Shown: positions 29,644-40,146, numbered from the stretch's first letter. The stretch: DNA of 64,000 nucleotides from Clostridia bacterium (GCA_045531335.1 JAZSDU010000053.1:7408-71407), one strand, 5' to 3'. Numbers and translations are program-made. Notes: generated from the sequence alone by a model not told the origin.

Positions 29644-30903
29644 ATGGAACTAAAAATAAAATATCAATACACATATTTTATAAAACCATTTTTAATTGAA
29701 GAGAAAAAATATGAAAAATATTTATTAAGTTTAATAAAAAATAAAAGTTACAAACTAAAGATTTTTGAAAAAGAAAGAGACTTAAACCTATATTCATATT
29801 TTATAAAAAACATAAGAGAATATTTTTTTCCAACATTTGAGTTTGATAAAGAAAAAATAAGAGATTTTGAAAATATGATAGATTCTCTTAAAGCAAAAAA
29901 ACTTTCAAAATTGCATTGTAATATTTTTGAATATAATTTTGATAAAAAAATACAAGGAAAGATAGATGAAAAAGAGGGAATATTTTTTAATATTGATAAG
30001 ATAGAAATTGTATGTTTAGATACAGGGGTATGCTTTTTAGTTATAAAAACAAATTTAGAAAATAGCGAAAACTTTTCTGAATTATTAAATTTTAATTATA
30101 AATTTAAAGACATAAATTCTGATTTCGCAAAACTAAGAGAATTTAATAATATTAAGATACAAACAGATAAATTTAACAACATGAATGAATTATCAAATTT
30201 TATAGATAATATTATTGGAGTAAAAAACGATTCTATAGGATTAAAAGATGTAGATTTATATAACAAAAGATTTTTTGTATATACATATAGTTGTATTGAT
30301 CAAGATGCATGGAATAATGAAGAGGATTTTAAAAATATAGAAGGTGACTTTTTAAAATATAGTAATGTCTTATCAAATAACAATACAGTGGATTTAAATT
30401 TAAAAGAATTAGATAAGAACATACAAAATATAGAACAGTTTAAATATTCAAGATTTGGATTTACAAAGCAAAGTGCAAGTTTGATTACATCTAGTATAGA
30501 TATTAATAATTATACTAAATTGTTATTTGATTATGAAAATGAATATTTATATACATTATTAATAAGCCTATATCAACGAATATATTTGAAAAAACTTGAA
30601 AATAGTTTTAAAAGTAAAAAAGATATTAGTATAGTTAGAAATAAATTTACTAAATTCACAAAAGAGATTTGGTTAAATGAAATTACTAATTCCCTAACAG
30701 GAACCGTTTTTTATAATAAATGGAGAGAAGTTTTTGAACTTCAAGAAATTTATGGTGAAATAAAAAACAGATATGATGTAATTTATAAAGACCTTAATAT
30801 AGAGAATGAGAACATTTTAAATAAGATTGTATTAATAGCATTAATAGTATCAATTATATTAAATGTATTTAATTTGATTGTAATAAATAATATGCAGAGG
30901 TGA
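29644..30903 (+). CDS. hypothetical protein with a C-terminal TM helix, in an operon with acpS
   Basis: 419-aa K/N/E-rich ORF with GAGGAG SD and C-terminal IVLIALIVSIILNVFNLIVI. I recognise no family. Confidence 0.65.
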   Translation: MELKIKYQYTYFIKPFLIEEKKYEKYLLSLIKNKSYKLKIFEKERDLNLYSYFIKNIREYFFPTFEFDKEKIRDFENMIDSLKAKKLSKLHCNIFEYNFDKKIQGKIDEKEGIFFNIDKIEIVCLDTGVCFLVIKTNLENSENFSELLNFNYKFKDINSDFAKLREFNNIKIQTDKFNNMNELSNFIDNIIGVKNDSIGLKDVDLYNKRFFVYTYSCIDQDAWNNEEDFKNIEGDFLKYSNVLSNNNTVDLNLKELDKNIQNIEQFKYSRFGFTKQSASLITSSIDINNYTKLLFDYENEYLYTLLISLYQRIYLKKLENSFKSKKDISIVRNKFTKFTKEIWLNEITNSLTGTVFYNKWREVFELQEIYGEIKNRYDVIYKDLNIENENILNKIVLIALIVSIILNVFNLIVINNMQR

Positions 30904-30907
30904 AAAA

Positions 30908-31285
30908 ATGAAAGTGCTTTGTGGTACAGATATAATAGAAATAAGTAGAATAAAAGAATCAATAGAAAGATCAGGAGAGAAGTTTACTAATATTCTTTTT
31001 ACACCTACTGAAATAGAATATTGTGAAAGTAAAAGAAATGCAAAATATTATCATTATGCAGGAAGATTTGCTGCAAAAGAAGCAATTTTCAAAGCAGTAT
31101 CACCACTACTAAAAAACAAATTTGACATATCATGGCATAATGCAGAAGTTATTAATGATGAAAATGGAAACCCACAAATCAATTTCTTAGATATAAAATT
31201 AAGGAAAATAAAAAACATAGATATTTCAATATCACATTGTAAGGAATATGCTGTTGCTACAGTTGTAGTAATGGTAGAAGAATAG
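30908..31285 (+). CDS. acpS: holo-[acyl-carrier-protein] synthase
   Basis: GTDIIEISRI, RFAAKEAIFKA and ISISHCKEYAVA. Confidence 0.9.
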   Translation: MKVLCGTDIIEISRIKESIERSGEKFTNILFTPTEIEYCESKRNAKYYHYAGRFAAKEAIFKAVSPLLKNKFDISWHNAEVINDENGNPQINFLDIKLRKIKNIDISISHCKEYAVATVVVMVEE

Positions 31286-31293
31286 AGGTAGAG

Positions 31294-32064
31294 ATGGAAT
31301 TTTTTGATTCACATGCACATTATAATGATGAAAGATTTGAAGAAGATAGAGATAAATTAGTTAAAAAAATATATAATGAAGGTGTTACTAAAATAATAAA
31401 TGCAGGATATAGTTTAGAATCTTCTAAAGAGGCCATTAAAATAGCTGAAGACTATGAGTTTATGTGTGCAACTGCAGGCATTTCTCCAAATGATATAGAC
31501 AATTTTAAAAAAGAAGACTTACTAGAAATAGAAAATTTAGCAAAGAACAAAAAAGTTGTTGCTATTGGAGAAATAGGATTAGATTATTATTGGAACAAAG
31601 AAAATAAAGAATTGCAAAAGCAAGTTTTTAAAGCTCAAATAGAAATAGCAAACAGATTAGATTTACCAATAGTTATTCATACAAGAGAAGCTATATACGA
31701 TACTTTAGATATATTAAAAAATAATAAATGTAATAAAAAAGGTGTGTTTCATTGCTGCCCATTAAATGTAGATTTGGTTAGAGAAGGATTAAAATTAGGA
31801 TTTTATATATCGTTTGCGGGTCCAATAACTTTTAAAAATTCTAAAAATGCAGAAGAAATAATAAAAATGGTGCCGCTAGATAAAATACTTATAGAAACAG
31901 ATTCTCCATATCTTAGTCCAGAACCATTAAGAGGGCGAAGAAATGATTCAAGAAATGTAAAATATATGGCTCAGAAAATAGCAGATGTAAAAGGAATAAC
32001 ATTAGAAGAAGTGTCAAAAGCAACTTATAAAAATGCAGAAAAGTTGTTATTAAATAATAAATAA
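31294..32064 (+). CDS. tatD: TatD-family metal-dependent hydrolase/DNase
   Basis: FDSHAHYND, IGEIGLDYYW, IHTREA and ETDSPYLSP. Confidence 0.9.
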   Translation: MEFFDSHAHYNDERFEEDRDKLVKKIYNEGVTKIINAGYSLESSKEAIKIAEDYEFMCATAGISPNDIDNFKKEDLLEIENLAKNKKVVAIGEIGLDYYWNKENKELQKQVFKAQIEIANRLDLPIVIHTREAIYDTLDILKNNKCNKKGVFHCCPLNVDLVREGLKLGFYISFAGPITFKNSKNAEEIIKMVPLDKILIETDSPYLSPEPLRGRRNDSRNVKYMAQKIADVKGITLEEVSKATYKNAEKLLLNNK

Positions 32065-32076
32065 GGAGAAATATAA

Positions 32077-32340
32077 ATGGAAGAAAAAGATTATATATAT
32101 GTATATGATAAAAAAGGTAAAAAACAAAAAATGGAATTAGTTGCAAAAGTAGAAATACCAGAAGATCCATATCAATATATAGTTTACAAAGAACCAAGTA
32201 AAAAAATACCATTATATATAGCAAAATTAAAATTAGCTCGAGGAATAACAGCACTAGAAACTAATATATCACAGGAAGAAAAGGATATAGTTATTAGTGC
32301 AATAAAAAAAGAATTATTGGAGGAAGGCAATGAATTATAA
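32077..32340 (+). CDS. DUF1292-like small protein
   Basis: 87 aa with the family-typical pattern (dense K/E, ..MELVAKVEI..YIVYKEP). Confidence 0.6.
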   Translation: MEEKDYIYVYDKKGKKQKMELVAKVEIPEDPYQYIVYKEPSKKIPLYIAKLKLARGITALETNISQEEKDIVISAIKKELLEEGNEL

Positions 32341-33949
32341 TAATATAAAAGTATGTGAAGATCATGAAAAAGTACATATACCAGACAATCTTTTGACAAA
32401 ACTGTGGAATGGTTTATTTAAAGTTCTTTGTGTTGTAGGACCAATAGCACTTACATTTACATCATGTTCAGGAGAAAAGGACGTTAAAAAGAATATTGAA
32501 GAAACAACTATACCAAAGGTTGAAACTAAAGTAGATAAGAATGCTTATAACGATATAGAAGATAAAATAGTTATTCCTGAACGAGAATCTACTACATTAG
32601 AAGAATATGAAGAAACTACTACATCAAGAGGAACAGAAGCAGAAAGACCTGTTAATAAAGAAGAAAATGGTGTTGTAAAGTATAATGAATTATTAAATAA
32701 AATGAATGCTGAACTTGCTAAAAAGAATTTTTCAAAAGAGGCTAATCAAGCATTTAAAAGAGTATTAGACAAACTATATAAAAATTATCCTACTTGGCAA
32801 GGAGCATATAAAGATTTACCACCAGTAGAAGAATATATACAAAATAATTTAATAGATACTATAAAAAATATAAATTCAATAACTATTTATGATGCTGAGT
32901 CAGAAATAGGTAAAAAATTGCTAGAACAAGGTCAGGCTCTAGGACAAACAGACTCAGAGGGTAATATAACAATGATATTTAAAGGCGGAACAGAAGAAAA
33001 TGATGATATAGAAAGAACATTTCATGAAATAATACATTGTAAACAAATACAAATATTATTCAACCAAGAATATTTTAAAGATAATGAAGAATTAAGATTA
33101 TTAATGCTAGAAGGAAGCACAACATTTCATCAAAAATTTGTAAATCCTTTAGATGTAAAAGTAGGTGGAACATGGACGATATCAAATGAAGCAGGAACTT
33201 CTACACTTAACTATAATAAAGATAATTGTTTAGGTTATTTAGTAGAACTTAACGCATTTGAAAATCTAGTATATCTTGCTGGATATGATACAATGGACAA
33301 AGTTGAAAAAGGAGAAATATCTCTTTCAGAATTAAAAGAAACAATTGCAAAAAATTATGGTCAAGACAAATCAAATAAAATATGGAATACTATGCACAAG
33401 TGGTATAGTGCATACAATGAAAATTGGCAATCTGATGAAGCATATCAAGCTGGTATTGAATTACAAAATCTATATTTAGAGTGTGTCGAACAGGATATAA
33501 ATAAATTAAAACCAAACCAAGTTAAACAATTTATGGATGTTTATAGAAATTATAAATTAAAAAATCTAGCACAAATAGAAAATTCTAATGGAGAAAATAT
33601 AACAAATCAAGTTTTCGATATTGATAAGCTAGATGACTTAATGGTAGAAAAAGTAATGGAAGCAAATGAAATATATTTTACTCCAAATAAAGAAATGAAT
33701 AAAATGGCAATAAAAAGTGTATTATATGCAAGCAATAAAGCCTATTATGATACTAGTGGAATATATGAAGATGTCTATTTACCAACTACTATAAAGGGTA
33801 CAAACTACAAATATGCTGGTAATGGAAATTTAATTATTACATATACAGATAAATATGGTGAAACTATAAATGTAGGAATAACATTTGACGAAAACAGTAT
33901 AAAGGAAATAAAAGAAATAGAAACACGAGAAAACAGCTTAGAAATATAA
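32330..33949 (+). CDS. putative secreted/lipoprotein zinc metalloprotease (HExxH)
   Basis: Signal/lipobox-like VVGPIALTFTSCSG and an HEIIH motif (TFHEIIHCKQ). No further family recognised. Confidence 0.6.
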   Translation: MNYNNIKVCEDHEKVHIPDNLLTKLWNGLFKVLCVVGPIALTFTSCSGEKDVKKNIEETTIPKVETKVDKNAYNDIEDKIVIPERESTTLEEYEETTTSRGTEAERPVNKEENGVVKYNELLNKMNAELAKKNFSKEANQAFKRVLDKLYKNYPTWQGAYKDLPPVEEYIQNNLIDTIKNINSITIYDAESEIGKKLLEQGQALGQTDSEGNITMIFKGGTEENDDIERTFHEIIHCKQIQILFNQEYFKDNEELRLLMLEGSTTFHQKFVNPLDVKVGGTWTISNEAGTSTLNYNKDNCLGYLVELNAFENLVYLAGYDTMDKVEKGEISLSELKETIAKNYGQDKSNKIWNTMHKWYSAYNENWQSDEAYQAGIELQNLYLECVEQDINKLKPNQVKQFMDVYRNYKLKNLAQIENSNGENITNQVFDIDKLDDLMVEKVMEANEIYFTPNKEMNKMAIKSVLYASNKAYYDTSGIYEDVYLPTTIKGTNYKYAGNGNLIITYTDKYGETINVGITFDENSIKEIKEIETRENSLEI

Positions 33950-33954
33950 ATAAT

Positions 33955-33991
33955 AAAAAACAAATCTACTTTAAAAGTAGATTTGTTTTTT
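33955..33991 (+). terminator. rho-independent terminator
   Basis: AAAAACAAATCTACTT-TAAA-AGTAGATTTGTTTTTTT. Confidence 0.75.
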
Positions 33992-34110
33992 TATGTTACT
34001 TAGATTGACAAAATTGGTACTTTATGGTATATTATAAATAGGAGAGATATTGCCTAAAATTTTAAAGGCACAAAAACATATATATTTATATATATTTGGA
34101 GGTGGTTTTT

Positions 34111-35568
34111 ATGGAAATAGTTTTCGATAAAACAAAGAAAATTTTACTAACCTTAATTTTAACATTAGTATTCATAAGCCTTGGTACAACAATATTTGCA
34201 GCAGATCCATTTCACTTAAATGCAACTGCAATAGTTATGTATCAAGAAAGAAGATTTAGTTTAGGAGCAAATAAAAGTAATGTGAAATATGAAAGTAGTA
34301 ATGAAAAAATTGCCACAGTTGATAGTAGTGGATTAATTACAGCGAAAAGAATAGGTATAGCAACCATAACAGCAACAGCACCAAATGGAGAAACTGCAAC
34401 ATGTAAAGTTAGAGTTAAAATGCAAACTAGATTAATAGATAAAATAAGAGGTGCTGGGTTAAGTATAAGTTCAGCAACTGTTTATAAAGATATGAACTTT
34501 GTAATTTACAATGAACTAACTTATAATAATTGTAAGATAAGAGAATGGAAAAGTAGCAATGAAAATATAGTATTTATTGGTAGCAGTAGTAACTACTATG
34601 CCAGAATGACTGCTAAAGCGCCTGGAACAGCAGTAATAACAGCAACAACTTCAAAAGGTTATGATATAAATGTTAACATAGTAGTTAAAGAACCAGACAC
34701 AGAAGCAGCAACACCACAACAAACAACACAACCTCAGACAGTTGCAGTAACAGGAATTACTTTAAATAAAACTTCAGCAACTATTGAAAAAGGGGAAACA
34801 TTAAATTTAACAGCAACAGTAAGTCCAAACAATGCAACAAATAAAACTATAACATGGACAAGCAACAAGACAGACATAGCAACAGTAGATTCAAGTGGAA
34901 AAGTAACAGCAAAAGCCGCAGGAACAGCAACAATAACAGCAAAAGCAAATGATGGAAGTAATAAAACAAAAACTTGTACAATTACAGTAACTGATCCATA
35001 TTTGTATACAAATACAGATTATCAACAGATCTATAGTTCTTTAGATTATAATAAAGATAAAAAGAATACTGGTATATATGGTCCTACTAAGCTTAATGAT
35101 AATTATACTATAGCTATTAAAAAAGATAAATTAAACAGTGTATTAAAAACAATTAACAGTGAGAATATATATAAACAAAGTATAGGCGGAATTTATTGTA
35201 ATAGAGTTGCTACATATCAACTATATATGTTATTAGGAAAGATAAGTGAAGATGATGCCTATAAATGGGATGCCGACAATGGAGAGTACGATGTGGCAGG
35301 AGTAGATGATATACGATATGATACAGAAGCTAATACTTTGGCTAAAATTAAAAAATGGATAGATGCAAAAAAACCAGTAAAATTACATGTTAAATCAAAT
35401 ACAGGAGAACATTGGGTAACTGTAGTTGGATATAAAGGTAATGGAACAAATAAAAGTGATTTTCTAATTTTAGGTAGCCAATTTGGAACACTTCAAACTA
35501 TAAGTTCTTCATATAATGAAGCAATGAATGGATTATATAGCGACTGTTGGGCTAAAGTATATAACTAA
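34111..35568 (+). CDS. secreted protein with Big_2 Ig-like domains and a C-terminal papain-like (C39-like) cysteine peptidase domain
   Basis: GGAGGTGG SD before ATG 34111 and a signal peptide. Big_2 signatures (VAVTGITLNKTSATIEKGETLNLTATVSPNNATNKTITWTSN..VDSSGKVTAKAAGTATITA). A candidate Cys (GGIYCNRV) and His (GEHWVTVVGY). Confidence 0.7.
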   Translation: MEIVFDKTKKILLTLILTLVFISLGTTIFAADPFHLNATAIVMYQERRFSLGANKSNVKYESSNEKIATVDSSGLITAKRIGIATITATAPNGETATCKVRVKMQTRLIDKIRGAGLSISSATVYKDMNFVIYNELTYNNCKIREWKSSNENIVFIGSSSNYYARMTAKAPGTAVITATTSKGYDINVNIVVKEPDTEAATPQQTTQPQTVAVTGITLNKTSATIEKGETLNLTATVSPNNATNKTITWTSNKTDIATVDSSGKVTAKAAGTATITAKANDGSNKTKTCTITVTDPYLYTNTDYQQIYSSLDYNKDKKNTGIYGPTKLNDNYTIAIKKDKLNSVLKTINSENIYKQSIGGIYCNRVATYQLYMLLGKISEDDAYKWDADNGEYDVAGVDDIRYDTEANTLAKIKKWIDAKKPVKLHVKSNTGEHWVTVVGYKGNGTNKSDFLILGSQFGTLQTISSSYNEAMNGLYSDCWAKVYN

Positions 35569-35582
35569 ATAAAAACAAACAA

Positions 35583-35612
35583 AGAAGATGCAATTGGAAA
35601 CAATTGCATCTT
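35583..35612. terminator. bidirectional terminator
   Basis: AAGATGCAATTG-GAAA-CAATTGCATCTT with an A-run upstream and a T-run downstream. Confidence 0.7.
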
Positions 35613-35629
35613 TGTTATTTTTATTTAGT

Positions 35630-36181
35630 TTATTTACCAAAATCAACTTTAACGTTTTTTCTAGCTTCTTCACTTTCAACTTTGAATAATTCTTCAGGTT
35701 TGAAACCAAACATTGAAGCAATTATGTTTGAAGGAACAACTTCTAATTTTGTGTTATACATTGTAACACTGTCATTATAGAATTGTCTTGAGAATGATAT
35801 TTTGTTTTCTGTGTTTTGTAATTCTTGTTGTAATTCAGAAAAGTTTTGATTTGCTTTTAAATCTGGATAATTTTCAGATACTGCCATAATTGTTTTTAAT
35901 GCTCCTGAAAGTTCGTTATCAAGATTTGCTTTTTCTGCAACACTACCTGCATTTGCCCATGATGTTCTAAGTTCTGCAACTTTAGTTAGAACTCCTTCTT
36001 CATGTTCCATATAACCTTTTACTGTTTCTACTAAATTTGGAATTAAATCAAATCTTCTTTGTAATTGAACATCTATTTGACTCCAAGAATTTTTTACTTT
36101 TTGTCTTAATCTAACTAAATTATTATAAATTCCAATTACTGCAACAACTAATATTGCTAGTATAACTAATGCTATCCACAT
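35630..36181 (-). CDS. lemA: LemA family protein
   Basis: N-terminal TM followed by NNLVRLRQKVKNSWSQIDVQLQRRFDLIPNLVETVKGY, the characteristic LemA core. Confidence 0.88.
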   Translation of the reverse strand: MWIALVILAILVVAVIGIYNNLVRLRQKVKNSWSQIDVQLQRRFDLIPNLVETVKGYMEHEEGVLTKVAELRTSWANAGSVAEKANLDNELSGALKTIMAVSENYPDLKANQNFSELQQELQNTENKISFSRQFYNDSVTMYNTKLEVVPSNIIASMFGFKPEELFKVESEEARKNVKVDFGK

Positions 36182-36400
36182 ACTAATAACCTCCTATTTA
36201 ATAATATTATAGTTTGATTATAGCATAACAAAAAAATCATATCAATAAATTAATTAAATAAATTGTTGTTTATACAAAAACATGCATATTTTAGTACAAG
36301 CAGCATATAATAATATAGATAAATGCAGTAAAAATTTTCCAAATTTGACAAATTATTTAAAAAGTAGTATAATTAAAGAGATCGCTTGAAGGAGGGATTT

Positions 36401-37324
36401 ATGAATAAAGTAAAAAATACATCTATATCGTACAGAAAAGTTATAGCAATAAGTGTAGTTTTTATAATAATCTTAGGGATATCAGTAATTGCGGGAAATG
36501 TTAAATTAAATAATGTAAAAATTAAATTCTCAAACAATCACGAAATTACTGTATTAACATCAAAAACAAAAGTATCTGAAATATTACAAGAAAACCATAT
36601 AATGATATCATCAGATGAGACAGTAATACCTACAACTACTGAAGATATAACAGATACAAAAACAATTATAATTACAAAAGTAGGAGAAGAACCTACTAAA
36701 ATAGCTAAAGTATCAGAAGAAGAATTAAATAATAATATAGATGAAATAGCTGAAAACTATTCAAACATTACAGAAGAAATTGTTACTGTACAAGAAGAAA
36801 TACCATTTGAAACAATAACAAAAGATGTTTCAAACGGAAGTGAAACAACAAATAAAGTAATACAATCAGGTAGAAATGGTATTAGAGAAGTGACTTATAA
36901 AGTAAAATATAAAGAAGATGTAGAAATTGAAAGAATAGAATTATCATCTAAAATCATAAAAGAACCAGTAAATAAGATAGTTCAAATTCAAACAAAAGTT
37001 ACATCAAGATACTCTTCTAGAGGAGCAGCTGTTACAACAGCATCTTCTGGTAGATACAAAGTAACAGCATATTGCGCATGTGTTAAATGCTGCGGAAAGA
37101 CAAATGGTATAACAGCATCAGGAACAAAAGCTACAGCAAATAGAACAGTTGCTGCACCAAGTTCATTCGCATTTGGAACAAAAATAGTGATGAATGGTCA
37201 AACTTATGTAGTAGAAGATAGAGGTGGAGCAATACAAGGTAATAGAATAGACCTTTATATGAATTCACATTCAGAAGCTTTAGCTTGGGGTGTAAGATAT
37301 TTAGATGTAGAAGTATTAAATTAA
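36401..37324 (+). CDS. G5 and 3D domain cell-wall-associated protein (YabE-like)
   Basis: GGAGGG SD before ATG 36401 and a TM. G5-like EEIPFETITKD..VIQSGRNGIREVTYKV. 3D domain YKVTAYCACVKCCGKTNGITASG..VEDRGGAIQGNRIDLYM. Confidence 0.82.
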   Translation: MNKVKNTSISYRKVIAISVVFIIILGISVIAGNVKLNNVKIKFSNNHEITVLTSKTKVSEILQENHIMISSDETVIPTTTEDITDTKTIIITKVGEEPTKIAKVSEEELNNNIDEIAENYSNITEEIVTVQEEIPFETITKDVSNGSETTNKVIQSGRNGIREVTYKVKYKEDVEIERIELSSKIIKEPVNKIVQIQTKVTSRYSSRGAAVTTASSGRYKVTAYCACVKCCGKTNGITASGTKATANRTVAAPSSFAFGTKIVMNGQTYVVEDRGGAIQGNRIDLYMNSHSEALAWGVRYLDVEVLN

Positions 37325-37347
37325 AAACAAGAATATATTTACAAATA

Positions 37348-37376
37348 TTGACATATAATAAAATATAAGTTATAAT
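37348..37376 (+). promoter_or_regulatory. consensus promoter driving a short + strand RNA
   Basis: TTGACA-17 nt-TATAAT (perfect consensus), about 40 nt upstream of a terminator. Confidence 0.55.
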
Positions 37377-37382
37377 AAATAT

Positions 37383-37450
37383 AGCTTAAGCGACAAAGTT
37401 GTTTATTAAAAAACATAAAAAAGACTAGGAGTGCATGTCCTAGTCTTTTT
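37383..37450 (+). ncRNA. candidate type I antitoxin sRNA (~68 nt)
   Basis: Bounded by the consensus promoter and the terminator AAAAAAGACTAGGA-GTGCATG-TCCTAGTCTTTTT. Segment 37392-37415 is a direct repeat of 37513-37537, so it is complementary to the start-codon region of the convergent small ORF. Confidence 0.5.
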
Positions 37451-37455
37451 CCTTT

Positions 37456-37527
37456 TCAGTTTTCATCAAACTTGCTTAATATTAAGTAAGTTATGTACAA
37501 AACTAAAAGTCTGACAAAGTTGCTCAT
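37456..37527 (-). CDS. 23-aa hydrophobic peptide, candidate type I toxin (Fst-like architecture)
   Basis: Encodes MSNFVRLLVLYITYLILSKFDEN. GGAAGGAGG SD lies upstream. It shares the bidirectional terminator at 37417-37450. Confidence 0.5.
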   Translation of the reverse strand: MSNFVRLLVLYITYLILSKFDEN

Positions 37528-37584
37528 TATAAAAACAACCTCCTTCCTGCCACTAAGCAAGTCACTAAGCAAGTAGGCATAAAT

Positions 37585-37613
37585 ACTATAAAACACATGA
37601 ATAAAAATGTCAA
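37585..37613 (-). promoter_or_regulatory. promoter for the small toxin-like ORF
   Basis: Minus strand TTGACA-17 nt-TATAGT. Confidence 0.5.
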
Positions 37614-37720
37614 TATTTACCAATTAGTTTCAAATACAATTTAGAATTTAACAAAAAATAAAGTTGTAAAATACCTCTATATGTGATATAAATAGTTTAA
37701 TAATTTATGTAAGGAAGGTA

Positions 37721-39388
37721 ATGATGGGAGCAGAAGATAAAATAAAAAAAGAAAAAGGCACATCCTTTATGAAAAATGTTGCAATGCTTATGCTTGCACA
37801 AATTGTTATAAAAATATTAGGATTTGTATATAGATTAGTAATTATAAATGTAGATGGATTTGGAGATATTGGTAATGGATATTATGATGCAGGTTATACA
37901 GTATACTCGTTATTACTTACATTGTCTTCTGTGGGAATTCCTACAGTAATATCAAAGTTAGTATCTGAAAGAGTAGCAATAGGAGACCACAAAGGTGCAC
38001 ATAGAATTTTTAAAACAGCTTTAAAAATATTTACAATAATTGGTGCAGTTTTATCAGTTGCATTATTCTTTGGAGCAGAAATTATTGCTAGTAAAGTTTT
38101 AAATGTACCAGATGTTAAATATGTTTTAATGGTACTTGCTCCAGCAATAATGTTTGTTGCATCATCATCAGTACTTAGAGGATATTTTGCAGGGCTTGGA
38201 AGCATGAAATCAACAAGTGTATCACAAACATTAGAACAATTTTTTAATTGTGTTCTTACAATAACATTTGTATATGCATTAGTTGGAAAAGATCCAGCAA
38301 TAATGGCTGCAGGAGGAAACGTTTCTACAACTCTTGCTATACTAATTTCATTTACATACTTGTTTGTATTTTATAAAAGAAGAAAAAAAGGAATATTGGC
38401 AGAGTGTGAAGCTCAAACAGTTCCACAAGAAGATAAAACAACAGGCAAATTAATAAAAACTATATTTGCAATATCAATACCTATGACAATTGGTTCACTA
38501 ATATCAGTTATTAATAATATGATAGACACAGTTACAATAAGTAATTGTATACAAACAGCATTTTCAGGAATGATTACTGCAAAAGATGAATTAGAAAAAA
38601 TAGCTATGGAATTATCAGGACAGTTATCAAAAGTAGTAACAATAATACATCTTCCACTTGCAATAACAGGAGCATTTTGTACAGCTTTAGTTCCAGCAAT
38701 TTCATCAGCAATTTCTGTAAAAGATTATGATACTGTAAATAAAAGATTAACATTTTCATTTTTTGCAACAATGCTTATTATAATGCCATGTAGTGCTGGA
38801 TTAATTGCACTTGCAAATCCAATATTGCAATTAATATATCCTGCTGCTTCAAATGGAGCTGATATATTAATACTAAGTACATTTATGATGATATTTATTT
38901 CACTTAATTATGTTATAGAAGGTGGGTTATATGGTTTTGGAAAAGTACATATTCCAGCTATAGCATTAGGAATAGGTGGAGTAGTAAAATTAGTAATGAA
39001 TATATTATTAATTAGTAATCCAAAAATAAATATTTTAGGAGCTTCAATTAGTTCTATAGTATGCCAAGTTATATTATTTATTATTTGTATATATTATTTG
39101 AACAAAGAAATAAGATTAAAATTAAGTTTTAAACAACATATATTTAAACCAATATTTGCATCAGCTGTAATGGGAGCTATAGTATATTTTGCATATAGAT
39201 TATTAATAGGTTATACAGGAAATGCAATAGCAACAATTGTATCTATATTAATAGGAGTGATTTCATATGCAATTCTAGTGCTAGCGACAAAAATGCTTAC
39301 AAAAGAAGATATATATATGATTCCATTTGGAACTAAAATATATGGTGTGTTGGTTAAATTAGGAATTTATAAAGAGGAGAATATATGA
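37721..39388 (+). CDS. MOP-superfamily flippase (SpoVB/MurJ-like polysaccharide biosynthesis protein)
   Basis: 555 aa with about 14 TMs. N-terminal FMKNVAMLMLAQIVIKILGFVYRLVI..YSLLLTLSSVGIPTVISKLVSE is typical of the SpoVB/MurJ family. Confidence 0.8.
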   Translation: MMGAEDKIKKEKGTSFMKNVAMLMLAQIVIKILGFVYRLVIINVDGFGDIGNGYYDAGYTVYSLLLTLSSVGIPTVISKLVSERVAIGDHKGAHRIFKTALKIFTIIGAVLSVALFFGAEIIASKVLNVPDVKYVLMVLAPAIMFVASSSVLRGYFAGLGSMKSTSVSQTLEQFFNCVLTITFVYALVGKDPAIMAAGGNVSTTLAILISFTYLFVFYKRRKKGILAECEAQTVPQEDKTTGKLIKTIFAISIPMTIGSLISVINNMIDTVTISNCIQTAFSGMITAKDELEKIAMELSGQLSKVVTIIHLPLAITGAFCTALVPAISSAISVKDYDTVNKRLTFSFFATMLIIMPCSAGLIALANPILQLIYPAASNGADILILSTFMMIFISLNYVIEGGLYGFGKVHIPAIALGIGGVVKLVMNILLISNPKINILGASISSIVCQVILFIICIYYLNKEIRLKLSFKQHIFKPIFASAVMGAIVYFAYRLLIGYTGNAIATIVSILIGVISYAILVLATKMLTKEDIYMIPFGTKIYGVLVKLGIYKEENI

Positions 39389-40146
39389 AACTAATTTCAT
39401 GGAATGTAAATGGTTTAAGAGCTATATACAAAAAAGGTTTTATGGATATTTTTGAAAGTTTAAATGCAGATATATTTTGTATTCAAGAAACTAAAATGCA
39501 AGAAGGCCAAATAGAATTAGATTTAAATGGATACTACGAATACTATAATTATGCTGAAAGAAAAGGATACTCAGGAACAGCTATATTTACTAAAAGAAAA
39601 CCTTTAAATATTAGCTATGGAATAGGAATAGAAGAACATGATAAAGAAGGAAGAGTAATTACATTAGAATTTGATGATTTTTATATGGTAAATTGTTATA
39701 CACCAAATTCCGGAAGAGAACTTGCAAGATTAGAGTATAGAATGGAATGGGAAGAAGCTTTTAGACGATACCTAAAAGAGTTAGACATTAGAAAACCACT
39801 TGTAATCTGTGGAGATTTAAATGTAGCACATAATGAAATAGATTTAAAGAATCCAAAATCAAATAGAAAAAATGCTGGATTTACAGATGAAGAAAGAAGT
39901 AAAATCGACACACTTTTAAATTCAGGATTTACGGATACTTTTAGAAAAGTGTATCCTGATAAGGAAGGCTCATATACTTGGTGGTCATATATGTTTAACG
40001 CAAGAGCAAATAATGCGGGGTGGCGTATTGATTATTTTTTAGTATCTGATAGAATAAGCGATAATATAAAAGATGCATTTATTTATTCAGACATAATGGG
40101 AAGTGACCACTGCCCAGTGGGACTGGAAATAGAAAATAATTTATAA
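39385..40146 (+). CDS. xth: exodeoxyribonuclease III
   Basis: SWNVNGLRA, CIQETK, GDLNVAH and SDHCPV. Confidence 0.92.
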   Translation: MKLISWNVNGLRAIYKKGFMDIFESLNADIFCIQETKMQEGQIELDLNGYYEYYNYAERKGYSGTAIFTKRKPLNISYGIGIEEHDKEGRVITLEFDDFYMVNCYTPNSGRELARLEYRMEWEEAFRRYLKELDIRKPLVICGDLNVAHNEIDLKNPKSNRKNAGFTDEERSKIDTLLNSGFTDTFRKVYPDKEGSYTWWSYMFNARANNAGWRIDYFLVSDRISDNIKDAFIYSDIMGSDHCPVGLEIENNL

